NCBI GenBank assembly: GCA_904063045.1
Contig: CAJFCJ010000011.1
Coordinates: 558,001 to 622,000, forward strand
From: Dimorphilus gyrociliatus
Lineage: Eukaryota > Animalia > Annelida
Reading direction: 5' to 3'
Length of the DNA stretch: 64,000 nucleotides
In this document: positions 15,855-29,907 of the stretch, in pieces
Numbering within the stretch: position 1 is the stretch's first letter
How the letters are laid out: the number at the start of each line of letters is the position of its first letter
Notes under the pieces: generated by a model
The model's database searches: none
What the model saw: the letters and a program-made list of their open reading frames with translations, nothing else
What the model was told of the DNA's origin: nothing
Made by a program: the position numbers and the translations under genes

Positions 15855-18231
15855 TCAATCAATTAACAAATTTATCTCAAAGCTCTCACCACCTACACTT
15901 AGCATTTCTAAGAATGATGGTGATGGACAGGATAGAGATGTTGATGATTTCAATTTAATAGTCTTCGCTTTATAATAATTGAATAGATGTACTTCAGCAG
16001 CGTCACAGACGCCTTTATAACTTTCATCCTTAGCTTCAGCAAAAGTCCTTAAAACCTCCAATTGAATCTTATCGATATGGTCTTTGGGAGAACGCTTATA
16101 AAATTCTGACAAATAATCTGGCAGATGCCATAAATTTACATCCCAGGTATTATTGAAAGCAACTGATATAATCTCATCCAAAGGCTGCAGGAGGTCATAG
16201 TCTTGATCAGCGAAACCTAATATGGCTGTGATATCCAATTTATTTCTAAATTTTTGAACAATTTCATCTGACGTTTGTTTTTGAGAGCTGCAACAGTATA
16301 CAGCAGCGGCATCAATTGGGTGGGCTTCGGTGTTGAAAATATAACCTCCAGTGTCTAAAATGCATTCACCAGCGGTTGATTTAACTAGCACGCCATCAGA
16401 ACCGTGTATCCAATGATCAGGTGAGAATAATAGATATAAGTATTTCGTAGTTTCTGCTAAAAAGAATGATTCCATTCGATTATCTAATAAATGATTTTCT
16501 ACGTTCTTAACAGATGCATATCCACAAGGAGTTTTTGCAATACTTTCAATAGCTGTTAGTATTGATACTCCCATTTCCATCAATAGAGGATCTTTTGTAC
16601 TTCTATAAACATACATTATACTCTCTATTAATTCTGAAAAGTTTTCATTAAAGGGGAAATTAATAAGAAATGAAAGATATTTTTAATTATTAACCTGGTC
16701 TTAAAGGATATCCTTCTCTACTTGATTGAGCTGTTGATTTTGGAACATTATAAAATTCAGGAGTTGAACCATACTGATTCCACACTTGCATATAATTATG
16801 TAAACTCTTCAGGGCTTTTTCAGTATCACCTGTTAATGCCTACAAGAAAAAATTAAACATATATAAAAGCGTTATGACTAAAAATAAAGGTATGTCTATA
16901 ATACAGTGTATACATTTTATTATATCTTAAAATCTTACTAAAAGTCCTGGCCAAAAGGCTTCTAAAGATTGAAATATTGGCAATGATACTTGTCCTTTTT
17001 TCATGTTAACCCAAAAATACCAGTCATCTTGTTTTAAAAATTTTTCTATTGAACCTTCCAATTCTAAATGTAAAGGGTCAACTAAAATTATATAATGGGA
17101 AAAGAAAATAAATTAATGGCTTACGATGAAACATTTCCATAAGTTGGGGTTTGTCAAATAATACCGCCCCTTTGACTAGGTATTCAAAAAATGAATCTAC
17201 ACCAGCTCCAATTCCTGAGTCAAGCGCCGTCCACTTTCTAGTTTGTACATCTATATGATTGCCAACCAACCCTATTTCTGACCGGCATTCATATAAAGCA
17301 TAGAGAGCTTTTAATGCTGCTGTTTCGAAGGCAGGGTCACCCGTTAATTTAGACAGAGTGCCAAATTCAACGATGTAAGTTCCCACACCAGCAGTACACG
17401 TTATGCTAGTTTCACCAGATGGAACGCCGTATCGTAAGTTAACAGTACCGTATGGCATGCCTAACACATGAAAGATGCAAACATTATAAAAAGAATGGAA
17501 AGAAATTTATCGTACCAGATGCAGTTTGAAATGCAGGTAACAGTCGTCTTGCAACATTTTCTGCAAGTCGCAAAAGTGGTCCTGAGCAAGGCCATCCTTC
17601 TTCTATTTCTAGAGCGGCTTTTTTGCTAAAAAGATGAGCCGAAAGTAGACCCCCAACAACTGAAAAGTATGTTATCTGGTTAAAATATATTTTATATAAA
17701 AAAAATAATAAACACACTTCGAATGTTAGTTTCAAAAACTGATACATTGATGTCTTGGTCAAAATCAACTGTTTTAAGTATTATTTTAGCTACTCTTCGA
17801 AACTCAGAATAGTTTCCAAGAACGACTAGTGTATCTAATGCATCTATTAAAGTTAAAGAGTAGCTGTAAAGAAAAAATTCAATTATACAACTGGTTTGTT
17901 AAAAAAACTACATCAAACCTGCCCCAGGTGTCTTGGCCATCGCATGTTAGTGGTCGTAATTCATCATAAGGATAAGCATGTTCCCAATAAGCATTATAAG
18001 AGTGATAAAACATTGAACTAACTCTGTCTCTGCAAAAAGAAAAACAGATTAATCGCCGATAACTAGGGACTGCGCGAAAAGTAGGTAAAATCTTCTTATT
18101 CAGTCCTTCGATACAATCAAAATAAAATATTACCTGTATTTTAGTAAATCATTTTCAGAAAATTTCCTCGGTAAAACTGAACATGAAATCAAAAAGGGTA
18201 AACCTAATAGCATTACATATGTTATAAACAT
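15855..18231 (-). CDS. EDEM2: ER degradation-enhancing alpha-mannosidase-like protein 2 (GH47), multi-exon
   Basis: Signal peptide [17 protein letters not shown] (ATG 18231); [31 protein letters not shown]; [14 protein letters not shown]; [16 protein letters not shown]; [19 protein letters not shown]; FNTEAHP. Confidence 0.92.
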
Positions 18232-18282
18232 AATTGTGGACCATACTCGTCCTATGTCAGTTGGAATAGAATTCGGAAAGTG

Positions 18283-18336
18283 GCGGAAGTCTGTGAATAC
18301 TCGGGCGAAAAAGTCAATTCGATTCTACGCGGGAAA
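18283..18336. promoter_or_regulatory. Bidirectional EDEM2/POLA2 promoter with ETS-like and E2F-like sites
   Basis: The gap between the two ATGs is 155 bp. GCGGAAGT at 18283-18290 (ETS-like); GCGGGAAA at 18329-18336 (reverse complement of canonical E2F TTTCCCGC); GGGCGAAA at 18303-18310. Confidence 0.6.
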
Positions 18337-18386
18337 GCAAGCTTAGTTTTTCATTGATATAATAATCTTTTTAAATTTCGTAAAAT

Positions 18387-20976
18387 ATGTCGAGTTTTAC
18401 AAGAGAAACTCTGGAAGAAGAACTTCACATATTTGGGTTTTCTTTAGAGAATGATGGATGCTTTGAAAAAGGTTGATCTACTTTTACAAAGATAAATTGA
18501 GTATAAAAAGTACTTTCTCTAGTTAGAGATCTTGCTATGCTGCACGGCTTGGATGAGGAAGGAATAACAAATGAATTCGTTGCCTTTACCCACACTAGTA
18601 AACTAAAACATAATTCTCAGCTAACCGAAGTCTTATTACTACAATTTGAGCGAGAGGTACATATCAAGTCTTTTGCTTTCCATAGTAATACGTCATTGTT
18701 AATTGTAGAGATTGTCCAAGAAGGCTCATAAACAAGCAAAAACTCCTCTATCCAAAAACAAGATAAAAAGGTTTTTCACTTAATTCATGTAACTATAAAT
18801 ACTTAATATTAGAATTGAACTTAAATCAGAGAAGCCTATGATGATTCTTGCTTAGATGACTCGTACAACGCGTTTGACGGAGAAACAAAGGTAAAATTAT
18901 TGCATTAAAGTTTCAAAACGATTAATAAGTCTGAATTAGAAATCGGTAAATTCTCCTGCTAATTTTAAACAATCTGGATCAAGAAATTATTCTACCATCA
19001 CTCAATCACCATCTTGGTATTTAAAAGAAACAATTTACTGAAAAAAATAATAATTAATCGTTTTGACAGCACTGACAATTACACTAAAAGAAATAATTCT
19101 GGAGATATAATATGCAAATTTGGGTCTTTAGCACCGAAGGAAGTTGTTAGGAAAGAATCAGATACTAAAATTTCATTTCTAATTCCGGAGGAAGAAATGA
19201 ATCGCTTGGACAAATTTATGTTTCAAAAAAACAGTGATAAATCAATGGGTAAAATTTGTTCGCATATTAAAATTTTTGTGATAATCATCTTCCTCTTATA
19301 GTCGTAAATGATATCTTGGAAGAAACAAGCTCCCTTTACAAATTATTTAACAATATTGAGCATTTTGGTCATGTAAGCCTTCCTTTACAGGTTTGATAGT
19401 ATTTAAATTCCTTTACCCGAGAGTTTACAATAATTATTTACCAGGAAAAAACAACTATTTGTGGCCGAATTGTTTCAGAGGGTGAATCAAAGCTGAACTC
19501 GAGCACTGTACTAATACAAGGATCTTTAGAAACATCCGGTGGACGGTGCTGTAAGCTTGACTTGTCAAATCTAAATAAATATTCACTCTTTCCCGGACAA
19601 GTACACTTCTTCAACAGTTATTAATATTTTTGACTAATAATTTGTTTGTCAGATAGTTGCTTTTGAAGGTGTGAATAATAATGGGAGAAGTTTTGTAGCT
19701 AGTAAAATTTTAGAGGTAAGGAAAGAATTTGAACAGACTTTAACTGAAAAAATTTCTACATAGAGTCTTTGGAAGAATCCAGAAGAAGTTCTTTTGAAAG
19801 GTAACTAAAAAACTAAATCCTAATAAAATTATATAGAATATTTTCTAAAGACGATATGAAAATTATAATTTCTGCTGGGCCATATGCAACGAATAGTTCA
19901 GATTTAGAACCTTTCCATGATCTAATACAAGTTATTAAGAGAGAGAATCCAGATATATGCATTATGGTAATTGACAAATTCTTTTTCCTCAATTTTATAG
20001 CACAAAAATATTCCAGATGGGTCCATTTGTTGACTGCAAAAATCAAAATTTAATGGTACTGAACTCAATGATAAACTTTTCATGTATCTAACTGTTTCGT
20101 TTCCTGATAGATGCAAAATAAATCTTATGAAGATATTTTTTCAGATATGATGAAATATCTGAGACAAGAAGTTGAAGGGTATTATAAATTTTTAAATACA
20201 TGTAAAATCTGGATAAATCCTCATAACTATTAGATTACATACGAAGTTTTTCATTATTCCATCGGAGAGAGATGCTCACCACGATATGGTCTATCCCCAA
20301 AATTCATTTTCTTTAAAATCAGATGAGGTGGTAATTTCAGCATCTAAACAATTTTTAAAATCAAGATTACCTACAGAAAAATTTACGCTATTTGATGAAT
20401 CCTGGTATACTTGATTGTGATGGTTTAATTTTGGGCTACACATCTACAGACATTATTATTCATATGGCCAGTGAGGAAATTGCAAGGTATGTTCTGTTTT
20501 CATAAGAGACATGTTCCTATAGTTAATACTTTTTGCAGCTCTAATCATCCCGAAGACAAAGTCACAAGAGTTTTAAAGCATATTTTGCAGCAGAAACAGT
20601 ACGTTTTATTCTGTATTCGGATTTTATCCTACACATTTTATCTCATCAGATTTTACCCCTTGAACCCACCTCACCATGATATCAATATTGAGTATGAAAT
20701 GCTCGAATACTATGGAAAAATATCGGTTACTCCTCATATTTTAATCACGCCCTCAGATTTAAAATATTTCATAAAGGTTATGAAATTTTTATCAGTAGAA
20801 ATTTCAGCGATAACTTTGTTTATTTTACATAGGAAATAAATGGAACTCTTTGTATCAATCCTGGAAGGTTAGCCAGAGGAAATGCTGGTGGAACTTACGG
20901 CAAGGCTCTTTTAAAAGGTGATGCGAAGTCAAAATTGAACTTAGAAACAATGCGTTTTGAGATTATTAGAATTTAA
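18387..20976 (+). CDS. POLA2: DNA polymerase alpha subunit B, multi-exon
   Basis: MSSFTRETLEEELHIFG; SLFPGQ; II.AGPY..S....EP..DLI..I....PDICI.. GPFVD; TPHILITPSDLKYFIK; CINPGRLARGNAGGTY; C-terminal FEIIRI* at 20976. Confidence 0.93.
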
Positions 20977-21242
20977 AAAAAATCTTGTAAAACAACTGCT
21001 CTTATATTTTGCAATAAAATCAAAATTCTGTATCTTCTCTTTAGAGCTTAATCCCATTTAAAATTGTTATTTCATGGCAATAAAAGAAAAATTTGGATTT
21101 TCGTGTATTCGTTACACAGTACTACTGAATTTAATGTTTTATTCACAGTATTGTGAAAAGTTAATGAATAACAATCTTCATTATAAAGTAAAACTTCCAG
21201 TAGTAAAATCCTAATGTTTTGGATACGCATAATATATATAAG

Positions 21243-22843
21243 TTAACGTTTTCTTAATCCAGTCAGAAGCGAACCCTTGCCCATCGTGTCCATTTGCTTC
21301 CTACGATCCTCTTCCATCTGAAATTAAAATTAGCATAAAGTTCAATTATGATTAAAATTTCTTACCCTTAATCTCTGCTGATTCTCCCTAAACGCCTCAA
21401 CAGGATCATCGAATTGATTATAATGATCTATAACAGTTCTAACATCTTCTACGTTGCTTATTGCAATTGTTTTGAGAAAAAGAGCAAGATCTATAAGTGT
21501 ACGATCACTATCAGCTCCTGTCCATTTGGGCATTCCAATGGCATTACGTGGATGGAATTTAAAGGCATTAGGATCGCAATCGACTATAATTACTTTTGAT
21601 AAATCCCTATTTAAATGATCCAAATCCTGTCAGAGAATTTTCGTAAAAATTTATGAAAACATATAAAAAACATTACTTTTATATGATGACCATCTTTATA
21701 TCGTGTGGCATCTCTAAAAAGTCGATGAGCAACAACACCTTTAGAATCTATACCATCTATTATCGGCATAGCGGTCTGAAAATAAATTATTCATAAAAAC
21801 TTTTCAACATTTCTTTGTCTTAAATACTTACAAAAACTGTTTCTTTCGTGAATATTACAACCTCGAACAAAGGATGTGATACATTCTCCAGAAAATAATC
21901 AACGGCTGGTCTTTTCTTAAACCTCCATCCTGTACCCAACTATATGCATAACATTAACAATTATTAAAAAAATAATGAATATAATTTTTACCGTCCAATC
22001 TGGATGAACTAAAACTCCTGTTAGTTCTAAAACAAGAGTATATGGTGGTTGGTAAAACGGTTCTTTAACGGGATCGGGCAAAAGCTTTCGGCTGGATGGA
22101 TCTCTCATAGACTAAAAATATGCGACTTGAAGATGATTTAGCTCAAAGTTAACAAATCTAACCTGCATAAAGAGCTGAGCTTCATTAAATGCTCTTTTTA
22201 TATATCCTTTCCACTTCGGTACTAAAATGAGGAATACTTAAAGGAATTTTTCATTGCATCAAACTCAAAACTTACAACTGGAATATTCATCGATAATCTG
22301 AGATAAAAAATTATAAATTCTTAGAAATTAAATATTTTTTACAGATGTACTTACTTCGTTTCCTTCGTCATCATGACTTGGCAGCCCTAGAATATTGTTT
22401 ATTTTATTAGAGTATTTTTCTACTCTTTTGTAGTACTTACCCCACATTACTATAAGGTTACCGGTCATAATTAAACCCATTACACCAAAACCTATTAAGC
22501 CTAATTTCCATGAATGTTGGCTGCTAAACCATGAGTTTGATTTCTTATCGTCTTCTTTTGACTTTTTATCATCTTGTGGTTGTTCAGCAATACGTTTATT
22601 TAAGATTTCTTCTGTTATCCGGCCATCCGTTTTTAAAAGTCGAATGGAGCGAAAGTCAACTCCTGATTTATCCTTTGATTTAATATTAACTAATGAATAT
22701 ACTACTCGTTGTCGGGTAGTTTCTGAAACTAATGTACTATATGGCAATGCCCATAAGGTTTTTGTAACATGTTGAGCTCTAGTATCTCGCAAAAATTTTG
22801 TCAGTGACAAACTGTTTCGAAAAACCCACGAGGGCACCGCCAT
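21243..22843 (-). CDS. TIMM50: Mitochondrial import inner membrane translocase subunit TIM50, multi-exon
   Basis: ATG at 22843 (MAVPSW), presequence-like N-terminus, TM segment [19 protein letters not shown]; [29 protein letters not shown]; GWRFKKRP; [17 protein letters not shown]. Last exon ends LRKR* at 21243. Confidence 0.93.
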
Positions 22844-23010
22844 TTTGTAAGTCACTTTTTTCGTAATATTATAAATATTAAACAAAAAATTTTGTAAGAA
22901 AAATATGTCAACAATAAGAAATTAAAAACATGAATTTATTATATTTAATTTTATTTAGTGCGGACTCAATATATAACGAAAATTTTGTGCGAGTCAACTA
23001 GTGTTATGGG

Positions 23011-25045
23011 ATGGAAAGTACTGAAAAACTTTATTACTCCTAGCTCCATTTTTAAATTCAAAACATGAGGTAGCGATTGTAGAGTAATATTTCGGATAGT
23101 TTATGGAATACGTAAAAGGCCGCGGAATACGCGGGAGGAAAGTATGCAAACCGGAAATTTGGAATCGTGTGGTTAGTGTCAACTTTTCGTTTTGGTTTCC
23201 TTCCAGCGCTTGACAGCGCGACTTTTCACTAATTTATTTTTAATTTTTAGACTGCGAATAAGCATAACGACAATCGTAAGCCTGAGACGGCTCCCGTAAT
23301 AGTACAATCACCAATGGCGATATTGGCCAAACAGGACGAAAATACGGTTTGTTGATTCAGGTCATAAGTGAATATAGGAATTAACCCGATTTTTGTGTTT
23401 TTAAGCAACCCTCAAGTGTTGAGAATGTACCGAAAAGTGTAAATAATCCAATAAAGCGCAAGATACTGATAAAGCCTAGAGATAGTAAGTCAGACACGAT
23501 AGCAGTTGCTAAGCAAGTTAGTGCTCGGTTACCAGTCTAATACTATAAAATGTAAGAACATGTATATCGTTTGTCGTTACTTTAGAACAATGCTGTCGAC
23601 AAAAAGGCAGGTCATCAAGGGGATCAGGCGAGAAAATTGGAAATATCAGCCAATATGAAAATGCCCCGTAATATAAAAACCCCTTTTCAGATTATTGATG
23701 AGGGTGGACAATGGATAGGTGACGTTTGTGCAGACTATACTATAGATCAAAGTAACTATTGTGTTGTTGGGGTTATTGGTGGTCAAGGTGTCGGTAAGTC
23801 AACAATAGCTTCTCTGTTAGCGTCTAAAGACAATTCAGAAATTTTAAAGTGAGTGTTTAATATACTTGAATCTTTGAATTTTTAAAAAAAATTGATTTTG
23901 TTTAACGTAGAGATGGTCCATTCGTAATAAGTCCAAGGGAGATTCGCGAAGCAGCCTTGTATCAAACAGCTGGAATTGATTTATTCATTACCCCAGAAAG
24001 AATGATAATTTTAGATACTTATGTAAGATTTAGTCAAAAAGCTATAATAGTTATTTAATCCTGAATATTTCTAATAGCCGCTTCTCAGCATTGCTCACTT
24101 CACCGAAAGCTCTCCATTTAGAGATTCGAAATATGAAAGAGGTTTAATGGAAAATCAATCAGAACTACACGTAAGCAAAAAAAAATTAAAATTTTAAATT
24201 TTTGTAATAAGATATTTTATTTATTTATTTATATTAATTTATATTTTGCAGGCATTACAGCTCATTCTGTTTTTGATTAATATTTGTCATTCGATAATAG
24301 TTGTAAGCGATTGCGGCATAGACTTAAATTTATGCCGGTTACTTCTAACGGCTGAAATGCTGCGATCAGATTTAGCTGAAAATGTAAATCCAGAACTACC
24401 ATATTTAGGTAATAATATACTTTTCTAAAGAATATTTCTATAAACAAATGTATTTCCAGTTTTCTTGAACAATCGAATTTCAGTGCAAGAACTGAACAGG
24501 CACGTCTTTAGAAGTAATGTGGAATTGCTAAATGAAATGTTTTCCACCTCACAATATAAAATTACAGGTTTCATTTAAAACTCACTTATTGTTAATGAGT
24601 GCTTATGTTTAAACGATTTTCAGGTGTTGATGCACATCGTGTAGAATTGCCTCATCTACGTGTAAAAAGACCAGCGAATTTGTTTCTTTTACCAGAAATT
24701 GATGCAGATAAACCTGCAGCTTTTTCCGCTGATAGAGGTTTTAATTACTCTAACTACTCAATGATAAAGTCATGATCCTATCTAAATTCTAAAATCTAGG
24801 TTTTGTTGACGGAAAGATACCCCCTATTAAATGTTTCGTAAGAAGCTTGACTCGTCAAATTTTGGGTTTACGTCGCTCTTATCCACAGAAAAGTGGGCAA
24901 AGTGAGAAGGCGTGGTAAGTTAACTGGATTCGTTACAGAAAATTTCTTCAGAGTTTTGTCTTCCAGGTTGCAGTCTGCTTCCAGAGCCTGGAATGCCTCT
25001 AAGAAGAGTAGTCTATTATCGGAATTCACTCAATTCGTACCTTGA
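23011..25045 (+). CDS. SMG9: Nonsense-mediated decay factor SMG9, multi-exon
   Basis: N-terminal YGIRKR; P-loop VVGVIGGQGVGKSTIASLL; QTAGIDLFITPERMIILD; LFLINICHSIIVV; LCRLLLTAEMLR; SRAWNASKKSSLLSEF. The start is inferred as a 7-nt first coding exon (ATG GAA A) and is uncertain. Confidence 0.88.
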
Positions 25046-26080
25046 TGGATGTATTCGAAATCTCGTTGATAATTAGTAAAAGTGAAATCGATAACTTAAT
25101 TCATGGAGTGGGTTAAACGAAGACGTTGTTTCGTTTCGTTGAAATCGAAGTCAAAAGGCTCTCTTTTAAATGTCAGCCACCCGGCTAAAACATCAAAGCA
25201 CCGCCATGAACTTCTTGGCGGTTATTAAAAACAGTAATTAAAGCCAAATAACTTTCTAATACTGAATGATAAACGACCGCTGCTGTGTAAAATTGGTGAA
25301 AATCTGAAGGGCCCCACATGCATCTAATCGAAATCTTCGACATAAAGGTGGTTATTGGAATTAAAAAAGGCAAGAAATATAATATCAGTATCGCATAAAT
25401 TTAATAATTCCACAATAACCAAATTGTTCCATTTTCAAACAAAACCAATTTGAGGACGGAGCAATTATAAACATATTATAAAGCTAAGTAATTAGACATC
25501 AAATTGTGAAATAATCTATATTGGAATATCCAGATTTTTTTCAATAGAAACTAGTATTTGGAAGTGTTTTCTGTATGTCGCCTTTTTAAAAATGTAAAAA
25601 TTATGGTATTATCCCACCCCAATCTCTATTTTCAATTTTGCCTATTTGTCATAATACTGTTAATAGAGTTTATGTTTTCGCCCTCGTTTTTAATGATTTC
25701 GAGGTAACTTTGGCGACAACTCGTTGTTCTGGGGAGCTAATTGGTTGTTTACTTTTTTTTATAGAGAACAATATTTTCACAAAAGTAATGTCCAAGTATA
25801 TCAATTTACTCTTAAAATCCATATTAATTTCTCTGTGTTGTCTTAATAGGTTGTGGATGTGTCTTTGCTTATAATACACTTTATTTTATTAATTGACCAC
25901 TATGAAATTTTGATAAACTAATCAATCACCGCGTCTTACGCGTACTTGGTGCAATCGATTCTAAATGAAAAAAATACACTATCAACATTAAATATACTAA
26001 TGAGTAACTTTAATTCACTATATTCGAAAGTGCCAAGAGTTTCTTTATCAACCCGCACTAGGTTTATATTTCCCTGTCAA

Positions 26081-26090
26081 CGCATGCGCG
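26081..26090. promoter_or_regulatory. NRF1-like element upstream of FNTB
   Basis: CGCATGCGCG lies about 65 bp before the FNTB ATG, in otherwise AT-rich DNA. Confidence 0.45.
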
Positions 26091-26153
26091 AAAGATATTG
26101 ATTGTCTTTAACTACTTGAATTCTGCAACATTAGGACTGAATTTCGTCTAGTC

Positions 26154-27585
26154 ATGACATTAAGGTGTCTTGAAGAAGATCATTTCTCTCGGAAAACAAC
26201 ATGTGAGGGATATCCCACTGAAACATATGCTGAACAGGTAATACTTTAGTCTCTGCAATAATTTGAAGTTCCAAATTCTGACGGATTTTTATTTTCGTAG
26301 GCTGAAGTAGAAGACACAATTCATGAATTATTTAAAGCTTTCAAAAGAAAATTAGATTTGGAAGATGATATCCCAAAGTTAAATCGTGAAAAACACCTCT
26401 CCTTTCTAAATAAGGGTACAGAAAATCTGGGTCCTACTTATTCAGTTAGTAGATTGTTATGAATTTTAAAATGTTTAATCTTGTATTATTTTAGTGTCTA
26501 GATTCGAGTAGGCCTTGGCTTGTTTATTGGATTTTAAATTCTTTCCAATTGCTTTCTTATGAGATCCCGGAAGCTCTAGGCGACAAGTGAGATGTTTAAG
26601 CTATGATCTCCTTTAGATTAACATTACCAAGAGTTTCTTAACCTACAGGATATCTGATTTTTTAGGAAGATGCCAATCTGAAACTGGAGGCTTTGGTGGA
26701 GGGCCTGGACAACTACCTCATTTAGCCTCAACATATGCTGCCGTATGCGCTCTGTGTATAATAGGAACTGAACGCAGTCTTAGCATTATAAACAAAGATA
26801 CATTGAGGAATTATTTGATGAAAAGTCATCAATTGGACGGCTCTTTCGTTATGCACGAAGGTGGTGAAATAGATATTAGAGGAGTTTATTGCGCCGCTGT
26901 TGTAGCAAAATTAACAAATATGCTAAGCCCTGAGATGTTTGACAACACTGGAGAATGGTTAGCTAGTTGTCAGACTTACGAAGGAGGATTTGGGGCAATG
27001 CCAGGTTTGGAAGCACATGGGGGATATTCCTTTTGTGGCCTTGCAGCCGCAATCCTCCTGAAAAGAGAGAAGTTAATAGACACACAGTCATTTTTAAGAT
27101 GGCTGGTTCTTCGACAAATGACATTTGAAGGTGGATTTCAAGGAAGAACGAATAAAATGGTTGATGGGTGCTACTCTTTCTGGCAAGGCGGTGCTTTTCC
27201 ACTTATTCATGTACTTTTAGATTTATCCACACCTGAATATAAAGAACTATTATTTGATCATAGAGCCCTGCAGGAATATGTGCTTATATGCTGTCAGCAC
27301 CGAGATGGTGGTTTGGTTGATAAGCCAGGAAAAAATCGTGACTACTACCACACTTGTTATTGTCTATCGGGCTTATCAATAGCTCAAAATAGCTGTAATG
27401 CCCTAGGAAGTTCCGATCCAGATATTGTTGGCTGCTCTACTAACTTACTGGTAAGTAAATTACAACATTGATAAACAGATTTATCCATTTTATTTTCTAT
27501 CCTTCAACAGTCTGCAGTTCATCCAATTTTCAATTTCTCCTACACATCAGTAAAAAGAGCTCTTGATTTTTTCAACCAAGTTTAA
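26154..27585 (+). CDS. FNTB: Protein farnesyltransferase subunit beta, multi-exon
   Basis: LDSSRPWLVYWILNS; CQSETGGFGGGPGQLPHLASTYAAV; GGEIDIRGVYCA; CQTYEGGF; EAHGGYSFCG; FQGRTNKMVDGCYSFWQ; DKPGKNRDYYHTCYCLSGLS (Zn-ligand motifs); stop at 27585. Confidence 0.96.
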
Positions 27586-27863
27586 TCATAAAAACGTTAA
27601 GACTTAAAGATGGGAGAAATTGTTTAAAAATATGTCAATAAATTGATAAAGGTGCCGATACTTGTGTTTGTCTTAGAAAAAGCATTTCGCTTATTAAACA
27701 CTCTTAAATATCAAAGAAGATGTTAAAAAAGGACATTTTAATAAGTATATTAATTCTTCAAAAGAATTAGAACAAAAGTTTAATACACTTGAAATCAATC
27801 TTTTAAAAATATTCAAATTTCATTTTCCCTAGAAATTTTTGATAGCAAACTAAGAGAGTAATT

Positions 27864-29354
27864 TCATATGATTCTGACTAAGTGATCTTCGGGTAATGGA
27901 ACAAGTTGACTGAGCTAATATGAAAAACAATTTTATGATCCAAAAATAATGTCTATTTATGTAATTGTTCAACCTACCAATCTCTCTAAATTGATTTTTC
28001 TAATACTATCAGGCATTTTATTAACGTGATTTAATAACATTGTAAAGGCATATACATTCTTAATTTGCGACTGCAAATGCCTGTTTAAAGAAGGAACTGT
28101 CGGTTTGGTAATGTACTCTATATCTTTTTTTTCTAGTTGAAACAAGTCATTCGCATGATAAATCATGAAAGTAGTTAGAGAAACAATAAAGTTATCTAAG
28201 AACTTTTTAACCATATCAGTAATTTCGCCCATTTTGCGATTACCTAAATTTTTTGGAGTTTCATAGTCCCCTCTTGGAAATGGGTTAAACAGGCCGTTAC
28301 TAACAATGGAAGCTATTTTCGTAACTGTCAAATTATTTTTTTCTATAAAAATTAATAGAAAACGTGAAAGTAAAAGAATTTTTTGAAGAATCTTATAGTT
28401 AAAGGTTGGTAGACTATGAATGATAAATCGGAGTAATTCTATTTTGATCTTTTCATCATTAGCAGCTAATAAAAAAATTGTTTATTAAAATAATACACAA
28501 ATATAAAAGATAGACATAACCGTTTATCAAATAGTATGCAATTATATTTTGTTGTGGCATAATTGGCTGGGGAGAATTTGATAAGAGCCTTTTAAACGGA
28601 TCGGTTAGATATTCTGTACGCCAGTTATTATCCTCCAAAAATGATAGAATTTCATCAGGTAACACAGGATTTCTCATATCATTGAGCCTATCATAGATTA
28701 GTTTACTATATTTTTCTTTCTTGCATCGACGAAATAAACTATTTGAAATGACAACTAAAGAAAAATTAATGGATTTTCTATCGAAAAGAGAAAAAGAAAA
28801 ATATTGGTATACTCTTTTCATTCTCTAAAACGTCAATTAAAATATTTAGAGCATGAAGAAACTGATCTTCTCTCAACCGAAACCTATTTAGCTTGTATTT
28901 TTGATCTTCATTATTAAGAGAAAATCAAACTCTCTTAAAGTTTATTACAGTTTTTAAATGTTATTTTTACTTACCAAAGCTTTCGCAAAGTCGTTTACCA
29001 ACTTGACCTTTTATACTCGATGCAAATATATCATTTAAACTCAATTCATCATTCAAGTATTTCTATTTAGGTAGAAAAAGAAAGCTAAATATCATTTTTT
29101 TTTTAATTCAATTCTTTTCGCATACAGAAAATAGAAATAAAATGCTTTTTTTACTTTTTTAATACTATCTTCTAAATTAAGAAGATTAGAAATTTTAAGT
29201 TTAGAATATATTTTCAATTTTCTTGGATATTTCTTTCTTATCTCTTCTACTTGTTTGTCAGAGAGGAAATTTTTTCTAATTAAAACGATATAAAAAGTGA
29301 ATTTATAGTTGAAATCAATCGAATAATTTTGTATACAAACTGATCTTCAGTCAT
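27864..29354 (-). CDS. Orphan multi-exon protein of unknown function
   Basis: Two 120-aa ORFs (27969-28331, 28459-28821) are bounded by GT/AG. A phase-compatible first exon (ATG 29354, MTEDQ|KNFLSDK) and last exon (ERL|LSQLVPLPEDHLVRII*, 27864) were found. Some internal junctions were not resolved; no family recognised. Confidence 0.55.
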
Positions 29355-29547
29355 AATTTATTAATTCTTAATAACTATATTTGTTTACATAATTTTTAAA
29401 TGATATTTGAGTAGTATTAAAAAATTATTATTTTTAGAAGAATGTATTTTTAAAACACATTGCTATCAGATAACGTACATACAAAAAATCATTAATCTAT
29501 GATAGATTATCTCACAATCTATGATTTTTGCAGTTTTGGTCATTATC

Positions 29548-29574
29548 TATATATATATATATATATATATATAT
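29548..29574. repeat. (AT)n microsatellite
   Basis: Uninterrupted AT dinucleotide run. Confidence 0.9.
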
Positions 29575-29907
29575 CTTTTTAACAATAATGGCTTTTAAGT
29601 CATTTTTTCTATAAAAATCTCAAAAGATAAAAACATTAAAGGTGGAAAATAGAAAGTCTACTTTCTGCTAAAATTAGTGGGACAGCTGATTTAGGCGTCA
29701 AAGAATTGATCAAATGACAAACCTTTTTCCAAGTAGACGTAAGATAAAGCTTTTTATTTATTTATTGGGCGTTTCTGGGCAGTACATAATATCATTAACT
29801 ATACTATCAAACTACGATCGCAAAATGACAGACTACATTTCTTTGCATGCTTCACACATCTAAAGTTTTTGCTTTGCGATAAAGACTCTTTGCATACACA
29901 AAGTTGG

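Noticed and set aside
25200-25222. ACCGCCA-N9-TGGCGGT hairpin and a 62-aa ORF downstream of SMG9; considered as a SECIS element or small gene
   Set aside because: The 7-bp stem could be chance, there is no valid SECIS quartet or helix, and no consistent exon chain could be built for 25080-26000.
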